From a virus (lineage: Duplodnaviria > Caudoviricetes): DNA of 32,843 nucleotides. Below are positions 1 to 7,744 of the stretch, one piece after another. The stretch spans positions 1-32,843 of the IMG/VR virus record IMGVR_UViG_3300032212_000681; one strand, given 5' to 3'. The stretch's first letter is position 1. Each line of letters opens with the position of its first letter. A program made the translations under genes and the position numbers. Below the pieces are notes generated by a model, which saw nothing but the letters and a program-made list of their open reading frames with translations, made no database searches and was not told the origin of the DNA.

Positions 1-90
1 TGGTATCCAGCACTCAACTTTACCATCAGTCACCAGTAACGCCCTATCAGTCCTGGCTTTAACCTCTATCGCTATCTCAATATCAGACAT
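1..90 (-). CDS. Small phage hypothetical protein, N-terminal part only (runs off window)
   Basis: ATG at 90 with GGAAAG upstream; reads MSDIEIAIEVKARTDRALLVTDGKVECWIP with no stop before the edge; 20 nt downstream of the DUF2786 gene on the same strand. Confidence 0.65.
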   Translation of the reverse strand, partial: MSDIEIAIEVKARTDRALLVTDGKVECWIP

Positions 91-110
91 ATCACTTTCC
101 GTTAAGTTAG

Positions 111-794
111 TTATCCAACCGACGCAATCTGATGCCGATTATCTTCTTCAAGCCCGGTAACTATATTTGTCTTTTCACCCACCATTTGACCCGCTATCTG
201 TGACAATAAATCAGCAGATTTAGTCTGACGTTCTTTACCATATTTAGTTACACCAAACTCTTTCTCTACCAGGTCTTTTTTGATCAAAACCAAAGAAGTT
301 CCTGAGCTCGTTTTTAAATCTGTCTTTCTTGCTTCAATCATTAATTTGATTTTATCTGTAACAGCCCAAGCATAACCAAGCTTAAACGAGTTCCTGCATC
401 CACAAGGATTGCTTTTCATATATTCCTTACATGCGCGTTTACATTTTTCAGTTAAATAATAAAACATAAACTTGCAAACCTTTACATCTTCATCGAAACC
501 ACCAAACACAATTCGCCCATATCTGTCGAACTTAGCTACACAGTCATTTAACTCAGCAACCCATATAGTGAGGCTCTGCTCCCAACCTGGGGTTATACGC
601 CTGGCTTTACTAGCCACAGCACAGCCAAACTCAGACTCCTCCTGAAGATCGCTGAGACTCAACTGATACTGATCAATAATCGATCTTGCTCTTCTTGCAG
701 CTATTGCAGCTTCTTCTGGCGAAGATTTATCACCTGCCATCGCCATTAACTTTCGAGCCCTATCAATGATTTTTTCTTTTTTCTGCTCGCTCAC
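111..794 (-). CDS. DUF2786 domain-containing protein
   Basis: N-terminal KIIDRARKLMAMA...EEAAIAARRARSIIDQYQL is the typical DUF2786 helical hairpin; later NSFKLGY motif; GTG start with strong AGGAGG RBS. Confidence 0.85.
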   Translation of the reverse strand: MSEQKKEKIIDRARKLMAMAGDKSSPEEAAIAARRARSIIDQYQLSLSDLQEESEFGCAVASKARRITPGWEQSLTIWVAELNDCVAKFDRYGRIVFGGFDEDVKVCKFMFYYLTEKCKRACKEYMKSNPCGCRNSFKLGYAWAVTDKIKLMIEARKTDLKTSSGTSLVLIKKDLVEKEFGVTKYGKERQTKSADLLSQIAGQMVGEKTNIVTGLEEDNRHQIASVG

Positions 795-842
795 CTCAGC
801 CCCTCCTAATGCAATCTTTTGTCTGTTGTTTACCGTGTAAAC

Positions 843-871
843 ATATTACTAAGTTTAGTTTACCGTGTAAA
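843..871 (-). promoter_or_regulatory. Sigma70-like promoter for the DUF2786 operon
   Basis: Minus strand TTTACA-N17-TAATAT; the -35 lies inside repeat copy 2. Confidence 0.6.
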
Positions 872-921
872 CATTTAATTGCATTTATTTTTAACCGTTT
901 GTCGTTTACCGTGTAAACATA

Positions 922-950
922 AATATACTGAAAAATGTTTACCGTGTAAA
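922..950 (-). promoter_or_regulatory. Second leftward sigma70-like promoter
   Basis: Minus strand TTTACA-N17-TATATT; the -35 lies inside repeat copy 4. Confidence 0.55.
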
Positions 951-967
951 CGATAATATGCTAGTAT
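938..967 (+). promoter_or_regulatory. Rightward promoter for the 83-aa regulator
   Basis: TTTACC-N18-TAGTAT with an extended TGn; lies between repeat copies 4 and 5. Confidence 0.4.
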
Positions 968-995
968 TTTGTTTACACGGTAAATAAGTGATAGG

Positions 996-1247
996 ATGCA
1001 GTTTTTGAACACAGAGCAAACCGAGTTGGCGCAGACAAGCAAACAACGCAAGAACGCCATCGCAAAGGCCAGAAAAGCCCACCACAAAGCTCAGACGCTA
1101 GATAAAAAGCGTCTGGATGCCTACGTGACAGAAGCAACAAAAGAAGGCCTTAAAAAGATCAAGGCTCAATTTGATGATGTAAAAAACGAAGGCCAGGCTG
1201 TGGACAAGGCTGTTGAATTAGCGCAGCAAAAAATGGAAGAAGGTTAA
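996..1247 (+). CDS. Putative ribbon-helix-helix (CopG/CopB-like) DNA-binding regulator
   Basis: Basic N-terminal helix, then KRLDAYV (alternating beta-strand), helix TEATKEGLKKIK, turn, helix EGQAVDKAVELA; divergent from DUF2786 across the repeat array. Confidence 0.55.
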   Translation: MQFLNTEQTELAQTSKQRKNAIAKARKAHHKAQTLDKKRLDAYVTEATKEGLKKIKAQFDDVKNEGQAVDKAVELAQQKMEEG

Positions 1248-1570
1248 AGCGCACCAATACTAACAAGTACAGCCACAATAATCGAAACCAATATTGCTAA
1301 GCCACTCCAAATCCGAGCTTTGTTCGCATTAGAATTTGCAATTTTCGCCTCTTTTAATGCATCCTTAGCTATCCGGTTTCCATCCCTTGTCGCATCTAAT
1401 AATTCGTTATGTTCTTGCACTCTACTTTCTGATTTTCTTCGTTCCAGCTCCGCAACTAAAATATGAGCAAGGCCAGCTCCAAACCTAGATCTATCCCCGG
1501 CACTAACTTCGATCTGAAGTTCTTCATCTGATAGTTGCTGTACCTGCTCTACTCTTTTAGGATCAACCAT
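1244..1570 (-). CDS. Hypothetical tail-anchored membrane protein
   Basis: Helical/coiled-coil body followed by one C-terminal hydrophobic helix (IWSGLAILVSIIVAVLVSIGAL); start overlaps the upstream stop (TAATG). Confidence 0.7.
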   Translation of the reverse strand: MVDPKRVEQVQQLSDEELQIEVSAGDRSRFGAGLAHILVAELERRKSESRVQEHNELLDATRDGNRIAKDALKEAKIANSNANKARIWSGLAILVSIIVAVLVSIGAL

Positions 1571-2229
1571 TAAAACGCCTCCGCAGCAATAGCACCCATA
1601 TCGACCGGATCAGTCGTCAACAGCTTTGTTGTTGTAGATAAGGACTTATTTCCAAGTAAGTGATGTATATGAGCCACATCATATCCTTTGCGTTTAAGTG
1701 TCACAGCAAACGTACGGCGACCAGATAACACGCTTGGGCACTCTATACCTGCTTTACCCATTAACGCCTTTAAATGACGATTTAAAGCATCGCATGAGTA
1801 TGTGGGCGAACCCTTATCCGTTTTCTTAGAAACAATACTGAAGCCGGTTCCTTTATTAGTAAAAAATAACGGCTCATCTGGATCAAGACCTAAATAATGA
1901 TCTGGGTGATTTCCCATGCCTACATTATTTTTTATCCTGTACTGGATATATGATTTTGTGAATTCAATGAGCCGCTTGTTTTTTAAAAAAATCTCCCGGT
2001 CATCACCGTTATATGATGCAGTTCCGCGAATAGTAAATTTTTTATTTAGCTTACCTGATTTATGCAAAACATCTCGAATTTGAATGCGATTAATTTCAAG
2101 CGTAGTACAAGGGGTAGCTAAGAAATAAGCCAGTAAACATACGTCACGTATTGGCTGTAAACTTGTTTCTTCTGTTACTTTAAATATCCAGTCTTTTTCA
2201 TTTGGTTCTATTAAATGAGGTAGTGCCAT
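1570..2229 (-). CDS. Tyrosine-recombinase-fold protein, catalytic domain only, probably inactive
   Basis: Box I-like RDVCLLAYFLATPCTTLEINRIQIRDV, EPLFFT patch, and box II-like SVLSGRRTFAVTL...IHHLLGNKSLSTTTKL; the catalytic R, H, H and Y positions are substituted. Confidence 0.8.
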   Translation of the reverse strand: MALPHLIEPNEKDWIFKVTEETSLQPIRDVCLLAYFLATPCTTLEINRIQIRDVLHKSGKLNKKFTIRGTASYNGDDREIFLKNKRLIEFTKSYIQYRIKNNVGMGNHPDHYLGLDPDEPLFFTNKGTGFSIVSKKTDKGSPTYSCDALNRHLKALMGKAGIECPSVLSGRRTFAVTLKRKGYDVAHIHHLLGNKSLSTTTKLLTTDPVDMGAIAAEAF

Positions 2230-2316
2230 GTCCGTATAATCCTAATCACTTACAATATACTAACTATAACACCTTACCCCAACAAAATTAACAGCACTCA
2301 AACGCACGTAATAACT

Positions 2317-2349
2317 GACTTCCACGGAAAGCCGGGGGCGGTTTTTTCA
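2317..2349. repeat. Possible degenerate IS3-family terminal inverted repeat (solo relic)
   Basis: Reverse complement TGAAAAAACCGCCCCCGGCTTTCCGTGGAAGTC resembles the TGAACCGCCCCGG..TCC.GGAG ends of IS51/IS629-type elements; GC-rich patch in an AT-rich spacer; no transposase nearby. Confidence 0.3.
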
Positions 2350-2352
2350 AAC

Positions 2353-2721
2353 CTAATCGTTATGACGCCAGGCGATATATTTTGCGAGTGAAGCCACGAT
2401 TGTTTTAAACTCCGTCGGATCTGCTTGCATAACCATCGCATACGCTTGATCAGGGGTAGATGATTTTAGCCCTGTCAGTATCGTATCTTTTTGTACCGCA
2501 TCCCGGCTTAACAATTCGGCTTGCTGCTCTGCGGTTAACGGTTCGACTTTCTGGGGCGCAATGACAACTTGATCGTTAATGTATTTTCGAGTGCCCTGGT
2601 TATTCACCAGATCAACCCAATCATCATCGCTAAGACTGATCGCCGCTTCACTGTCGTGAACACTGTCAGGCTCAAAAAACGCAACTGGCCAACCGTCTTT
2701 ATCTATCAATGCTCTTTTCAT
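2353..2721 (-). CDS. Tail fibre assembly/chaperone-like protein
   Basis: Directly downstream of the tail fibre; FFEPDSVH...AISLSDDDWVDLVNNQG matches the usual tail fibre assembly N-terminus. Confidence 0.65.
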   Translation of the reverse strand: MKRALIDKDGWPVAFFEPDSVHDSEAAISLSDDDWVDLVNNQGTRKYINDQVVIAPQKVEPLTAEQQAELLSRDAVQKDTILTGLKSSTPDQAYAMVMQADPTEFKTIVASLAKYIAWRHND

Positions 2722-2722
2722 C

Positions 2723-5700
2723 TTAAAACCCTATTGCAAACCAATACACATTCCATCCCGTGCCACCTCCGTCCATAATAAAACTATTGTAAGCCAGTGT
2801 ATGCGCCCTGGAATTATCGTTTAACGCAGTGGTTCTAGCATCCGTTAACTGGACACTAAAACAATTAGAATGAAAGGCGGTTGCAAAGACAATCGTTTGA
2901 TTAACAGTGGATGCAGCTTGCACTCCCCATTTAAACGTTAACCCATTTGATAACTCTGCACTGCCCTGGTTTGTCTGAAATGTTTCAGCTACAGAGGTAA
3001 GAATTTCTTGCCAAATGCCATTACGACTAAACATTAAACGATCACCGGCGCTGGCGGGCAGAATAGAGGCTTTTTTAGTAATAATGCCGTCAGCAACAGG
3101 TGCAGTCACTCCGTTTAATGAGAGTAATTCAATGTGCCCACGGGCGCTGGGGTTTGTGGTCAGTTGTAGCGGTACCGCTGTTGAAACATTACCGCAAAGC
3201 GCTTTTATTGCAGGTCCCGCTTGAGAATAAGCATCAAACGCAGCACCGGCACCGCCATTACGACCTGAAATACACGGCTTTGCCCCGTTATTAAATGCTT
3301 GCATCGCATACAGATTACCCACGGAAACATAGTGCATTGCCGTCTCAGTTGATAGCGTATTAATCCCCGATGAAGCAATTAAATTGTTAGCCGCATCGTA
3401 ATAGCGCACCTCGTTTGTGCCGCTGACATTAACTTCTACACGTTTGCCCGAAAATGCAGTAGAAAAACTGGATGCGGTGATTGTACCGGCTGTTACATTG
3501 CCGAGTATGGCATTGATGGCGGATAAGTTTGCAACGTTAATACTGCCTGCGGTGATTTCTTTTATATAGGTTTCATCGATTGCCGCTGGGTCAAAATAAC
3601 TCCCCATGTTTGTGTAAGTTATACGTCCGATTAAATTAGCAAACGAGCCAGGGTTGTAAGTTGCATAGTTTGCAGGTCGAGCGCCGTTATTATTTACGAC
3701 TTGGCTCCAGTTTGCCGTATTACTCCAACCGGCTCCATCCGCTAACTGAGAGCTACTGGTGTAATTATTTGAGACGATCACCCAGCCTGTACCGTTATGA
3801 CGATAAAATAAATAATTACTGGTGTTGTACCACATGTCGTCCAGGGTGCCAGCTGGTGCAGTGGCTTGATAGTACCAAACATTATTTGTAGCATTGTTAT
3901 CAGGCCTTTCAGCGCCGCTTACTTGTGTACCATAATCAACAGTATCCGCTGTTGCTAAAGCACCCTGGTTTATTATTCCAAGTGAAACATTATCACCGGT
4001 TATGTCAGCCCCTGGTGTTGTAGGAATAAATGAAGTTGCATCTAGCGTAGTGAGTGCGGCGGTTTCGGATTTTTGCCCCGAATAAAAAACCGCTTTGATT
4101 AAATAATTATAAGTGCCGGGCACTAACAACGTAATATTGAAATAATTTAATCGCACCTCTGCAATTGGATTTGCAGTCGCCCAAACGGTACCCGCCCTTA
4201 ATTCAAAATGCGATAACTCCGAGGTAATAATGCTATCCCATTTTAGCAAGGCATTCTCGCCGCTAATCTCTGAGGTAAATCCGCTTACGGGTGGCGGCTT
4301 TGGACCTGTTTCCTCATCAATGCTTGATGATTCTGGAATGTATTGCAAACCATAAGCAGCATCTACCCAATCAAATCCACCAAAACCTAAATAACTCTGT
4401 TGCACTGTAAGCGCACTGATACCTTGAGCTGCCATCTGTGCGGAAGTAATCCTTACATCATAAACTGTCGCGCCATTAATTGGGCTTTCACCTTGCAACG
4501 CTATATGACCAGTGTATAACTCTGGCGGTGTAGTAAGACCATCTAACAGAACGACTAAGCCACCCGGAGCACCACCGGCACCGCTGGAAGCATATAGCTG
4601 TTTACTTCGTACTACTGCGCCACCACCTAACGCGCCATCACCACCCGATGTATCAATAGCACCAGATGCGCCAAAGGCCATGCCCCTGCAAATAATTAGT
4701 AACCCTGCGCCTCCGCTGCCACCATTACCACCATTACCCACTACGGTCAAAGTATAAGGAGCCGAACTTCCATCACGCCGCATTAAAATACTGCCACCGG
4801 AGCCAGAAGTGCCCCGTAAATCCACTGGCAAACCAGAAACACTTGTTAAATTATTTTCCAAATTATAATGATTTGGTATGCTTTGTGTCGTTCCTTCTAC
4901 AGTAATACCCTCTCGATAACTCTTCGAATGATCTTGATCATTTAATGAGTCTATATTTCCTGACGACTTTGTTGTTCCAAGATATCCAGAGATACCCGCA
5001 ACTGCGTTGTCTGCTGCTGCATGATAGTTAGAAACACTTACTGCTGTTTGAGAAATGACAGTTAAATTATTGTCTGCAAATAAGTTACCACCAGCCCCAC
5101 CAAGAAGACCGCCTCCCTTCCCGTCTATCTTCCCATTAACTGTTAAAAATCCGCGTATTCGCAATTGAACATTTTGATTTATAGTTACTGTAACACCTGA
5201 CGCAATTTCTAAATTACCCTCATAATAGTAAATTGCATTTGACAATAAAGCGTTACCGTTGAGCGTTCCATCTAAAGTAACAACTCCACCTACAATATTT
5301 AAAACTGTAGATAACTCAATTCCAACGGGATAAAACGAATCTTGTAATACATTGCTTAATGAAGTGCGCTGAAGTGTCCCAGCTCTTTGAGATGAACCGA
5401 ATAAACGTAGTTTTACATCACCCGTTATCCAATTAGTTTGAACCCTCTGTACTTCAAATGTGCGTGATAGATTTATATTTTCACCTGTAAAATCTCGCAC
5501 CTGGTCTAGTGTTAGCTTTACATTGTCACCTACCTCTAACCTGTTAAGCGAAGATGATACCTCAATCTCAATAGCTAACGGTGGCCCAGAGAAACGGTCT
5601 CGCATAGAATCAAAGTGATTTAAAATATCCTCGTCCGTGTGCTTGCCTGTATGAACGCCTCTAAATTTAAAGGTTTTCTTAGGTGCTTCCTGATGTATTG

Positions 5701-6970
5701 CTAAGCTTTCAGCATCAATTAAAATTGAAGATTTAGTAAAATCATCTTTGCTAAAATTATAGTTCCAATCAATATCGAGCTGATTAATAACACGACTATA
5801 ATCATGTTTTAATCGTCCATAGCTAATAACATTTGAAGAATTTAGCTCAATTAAATACCCCGCATCTGATAACACGTTTGTTAATCGTTTAAGTCCTAGC
5901 GAGCCATCCGAATAAACCGGCATAAAGCAACCAAGCCATAATAGAATTTCTCTTTCTATAAATAGCTTACCGTCTGTTTTCTTATACCCTTCAAATCGTA
6001 CACTTCGACCTGATGAGTTAGTGACATTCCATAAATCATCCCCGATGTTTTCAAAATCGCTTAACCTTACATGCACAGGGTTTATACCTAAGTGCCAATT
6101 ATCGGGAAGGGTTGCGCTTTGGCCACTTAAAAAGCCTGTTAGTATCGCATAGATTATTTTTGCGGCTGGCCCCTCAATGTAAATGTGTTCTGTGATTTTT
6201 TCTTGTCGATCTGCCGAGGTATTTTCTTTTAAAACATGCTCCGAAGCTTTTGTATTCAGTGCGCCACGTTGAACGACCTGAAAGCTCGGCCCTAATGTTA
6301 CATCATTAACTAATCCTGAATGACAAATAACTTCATTCTCAATCCTGACATAACTTACGGTTTCATTGGGGCGCTCTGAATAACTAGCGTCATGCTCAAC
6401 CGTTGGAAACTTTGCTAAATCGTTTACATTAACGGGTATTAATAAATCATCAGGCCCAACTGATGCAGATAAAAAAGTGACTTCTGGCTCAAATATAGTT
6501 TTACGTGTTTTTCGCTGAATGTCTGAGCATGTAAATGTATAAACACCATCAAGGTAATCAGCACTATCAATAATGTAAGTTAATATTTTTTGGTAGTCAC
6601 TCCATGCGTGCCCTTCATGACCCACGTATGCGATGATTTGCTTATGACGTAGACCACGACCAAAATTTAATTTATCTCGCTGATAGGTTGTTAATTGCGC
6701 CGCAACATCTACTGAATTGAAGGTAAACACGCCAATAGTCGAGTTACCTCTGTCCGGGTTGATCTCTTGAGATTGACCTGAAAAGCCTTCTATGACATTC
6801 TCTATCACAATACCTGCACCGATAGCGCCTGCAGGTGTTGCAGTGTCGCTGTGCGAAGTTAGATAGAGAAAGTCAGTGTTTGCGCTGTCAAAGCTTATTT
6901 GAATGACATAACGCGGTTCTTTGCTCTCTGACTCGTTCGCATTGGCAAAATTTGGGTTATCTACTCTCAA
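2723..6970 (-). CDS. Tail tip / central fibre (host specificity) protein, 1415 aa
   Basis: Follows tape measure and a distal-tail-sized gene; has an N-terminal hub-like region, Gly-rich segment (GNGGNGGSGGAG), FN3-like module (PPPVSGF...LKWD...YNYLIKAV) and a C-terminal fibre tip (LSNGLTFKWG...VFATAF...VYWFAIGF). TTG start. Confidence 0.8.
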   Translation of the reverse strand: MRVDNPNFANANESESKEPRYVIQISFDSANTDFLYLTSHSDTATPAGAIGAGIVIENVIEGFSGQSQEINPDRGNSTIGVFTFNSVDVAAQLTTYQRDKLNFGRGLRHKQIIAYVGHEGHAWSDYQKILTYIIDSADYLDGVYTFTCSDIQRKTRKTIFEPEVTFLSASVGPDDLLIPVNVNDLAKFPTVEHDASYSERPNETVSYVRIENEVICHSGLVNDVTLGPSFQVVQRGALNTKASEHVLKENTSADRQEKITEHIYIEGPAAKIIYAILTGFLSGQSATLPDNWHLGINPVHVRLSDFENIGDDLWNVTNSSGRSVRFEGYKKTDGKLFIEREILLWLGCFMPVYSDGSLGLKRLTNVLSDAGYLIELNSSNVISYGRLKHDYSRVINQLDIDWNYNFSKDDFTKSSILIDAESLAIHQEAPKKTFKFRGVHTGKHTDEDILNHFDSMRDRFSGPPLAIEIEVSSSLNRLEVGDNVKLTLDQVRDFTGENINLSRTFEVQRVQTNWITGDVKLRLFGSSQRAGTLQRTSLSNVLQDSFYPVGIELSTVLNIVGGVVTLDGTLNGNALLSNAIYYYEGNLEIASGVTVTINQNVQLRIRGFLTVNGKIDGKGGGLLGGAGGNLFADNNLTVISQTAVSVSNYHAAADNAVAGISGYLGTTKSSGNIDSLNDQDHSKSYREGITVEGTTQSIPNHYNLENNLTSVSGLPVDLRGTSGSGGSILMRRDGSSAPYTLTVVGNGGNGGSGGAGLLIICRGMAFGASGAIDTSGGDGALGGGAVVRSKQLYASSGAGGAPGGLVVLLDGLTTPPELYTGHIALQGESPINGATVYDVRITSAQMAAQGISALTVQQSYLGFGGFDWVDAAYGLQYIPESSSIDEETGPKPPPVSGFTSEISGENALLKWDSIITSELSHFELRAGTVWATANPIAEVRLNYFNITLLVPGTYNYLIKAVFYSGQKSETAALTTLDATSFIPTTPGADITGDNVSLGIINQGALATADTVDYGTQVSGAERPDNNATNNVWYYQATAPAGTLDDMWYNTSNYLFYRHNGTGWVIVSNNYTSSSQLADGAGWSNTANWSQVVNNNGARPANYATYNPGSFANLIGRITYTNMGSYFDPAAIDETYIKEITAGSINVANLSAINAILGNVTAGTITASSFSTAFSGKRVEVNVSGTNEVRYYDAANNLIASSGINTLSTETAMHYVSVGNLYAMQAFNNGAKPCISGRNGGAGAAFDAYSQAGPAIKALCGNVSTAVPLQLTTNPSARGHIELLSLNGVTAPVADGIITKKASILPASAGDRLMFSRNGIWQEILTSVAETFQTNQGSAELSNGLTFKWGVQAASTVNQTIVFATAFHSNCFSVQLTDARTTALNDNSRAHTLAYNSFIMDGGGTGWNVYWFAIGF

Positions 6971-7063
6971 TTTATTTTTTCCATAGAAACCTTACTAAAA
7001 GGTTTTGATAAATGATTTTTTGATTTGCAGAACAATAAAATTAAGCATAAATAAGGATTTAAA

Positions 7064-7348
7064 GTGAAAAAAACAATAACTATAATCGTCTCTATCTTCA
7101 TATCTAGTTGCTCAACACCGATAGCCTTCTTCGAGCCAATGAAAAATAGCGAAGGCCGCAATACATTTCAGTTTGTTGTTAATTCTGATTTCATAAAGCA
7201 TCATGGTAATGGAGACGTTGACGAATCAATAAAAAATGGATTACCTTTATATATGGGTGGAAAAACATATTGTACAAATGGATATTCTATTGATGAAAAA
7301 ATCAAAAATGCTTCTGGTGGGTACATAATTTATGGATCATGCAAATAA
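7064..7348 (+). CDS. Predicted lipoprotein moron (possible superinfection exclusion)
   Basis: Signal peptide MKKTITIIVSIFISSC with lipobox ISSC; two further Cys; AT-rich; opposite strand inside the tail operon; TAAGGA RBS before GTG. Confidence 0.7.
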   Translation: MKKTITIIVSIFISSCSTPIAFFEPMKNSEGRNTFQFVVNSDFIKHHGNGDVDESIKNGLPLYMGGKTYCTNGYSIDEKIKNASGGYIIYGSCK

Positions 7349-7744
7349 TTAGATTTCATACACACTTAAACCAATAACAAAATATTCAGAAAACCCCTGT
7401 CTTGACTCCGAGTAGCCCGGCTTAGCTTTTACGCTAATCGGGTTATCTGGTGTTGCTACTGTTCCGTATGGGTCAAATACAAATGCCTCGCCCCCATCAA
7501 CTGAATCTAAAAACTCTCTAATCGAGGGCAAGTCTGAATTAACAATATCAACTAAGACTAACGACCAAGTTACCTCTCTTCTTTGTACTGTTGTTTCAGC
7601 TTGACCGCCTAATGATCTTTTTGTCACTGATTTAACGCCAGGCGACCTGGTAATGCTTCGTGCATTAATATCAATTGAATAAACTGTATCAATTACGTGC
7701 CCTACTATTAGGCTTCGCTTTGCTGTATATGTAAATGCAGGCAT
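7349..7744 (-). CDS. Minor/distal tail protein
   Basis: Coupled to the tape measure stop; FLDSVDGGEAFVFDPY resembles the lambda gpM/Dit-type motif; size and position fit. Confidence 0.6.
   Translation of the reverse strand: MPAFTYTAKRSLIVGHVIDTVYSIDINARSITRSPGVKSVTKRSLGGQAETTVQRREVTWSLVLVDIVNSDLPSIREFLDSVDGGEAFVFDPYGTVATPDNPISVKAKPGYSESRQGFSEYFVIGLSVYEI

Larger units (their letters stand above)
828..985. repeat. Five copies of the 15-bp pseudo-palindrome GTTTACCGTGTAAAC (putative operators)
   Basis: Exact copies at 828-842, 858-872, 904-918 and 937-951; an inverted 14/15 copy at 971-985. Structure is GTTTAC-N3-GTAAAC. Confidence 0.92.

Noticed and set aside
828-985. Mini CRISPR array
   Set aside because: The repeat is only 15 bp, spacers are irregular (15, 31, 18, 19 nt), the last copy is inverted, copies overlap promoter boxes and there are no cas genes.
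875-1087. 70-aa minus-strand ORF
   Set aside because: Antisense to the RHH-like gene and runs through the operator array; likely spurious.
1244-1247. TTAA overlaps of convergent stops here and at 32010-32013 as target-site duplications
   Set aside because: TTAA is simply the shared TAA/TAA overlap of convergent genes; flanks show no further similarity.
1570-3300. Invertible tail-fibre (shufflon/Gin-like) system driven by the adjacent recombinase
   Set aside because: No inverted alternative fibre C-terminus or paired crossover sites were seen, and the recombinase lacks its catalytic Tyr.
2723-3300. Diversity-generating retroelement targeting the fibre tip
   Set aside because: No reverse transcriptase and no template/variable repeat pair in the window.
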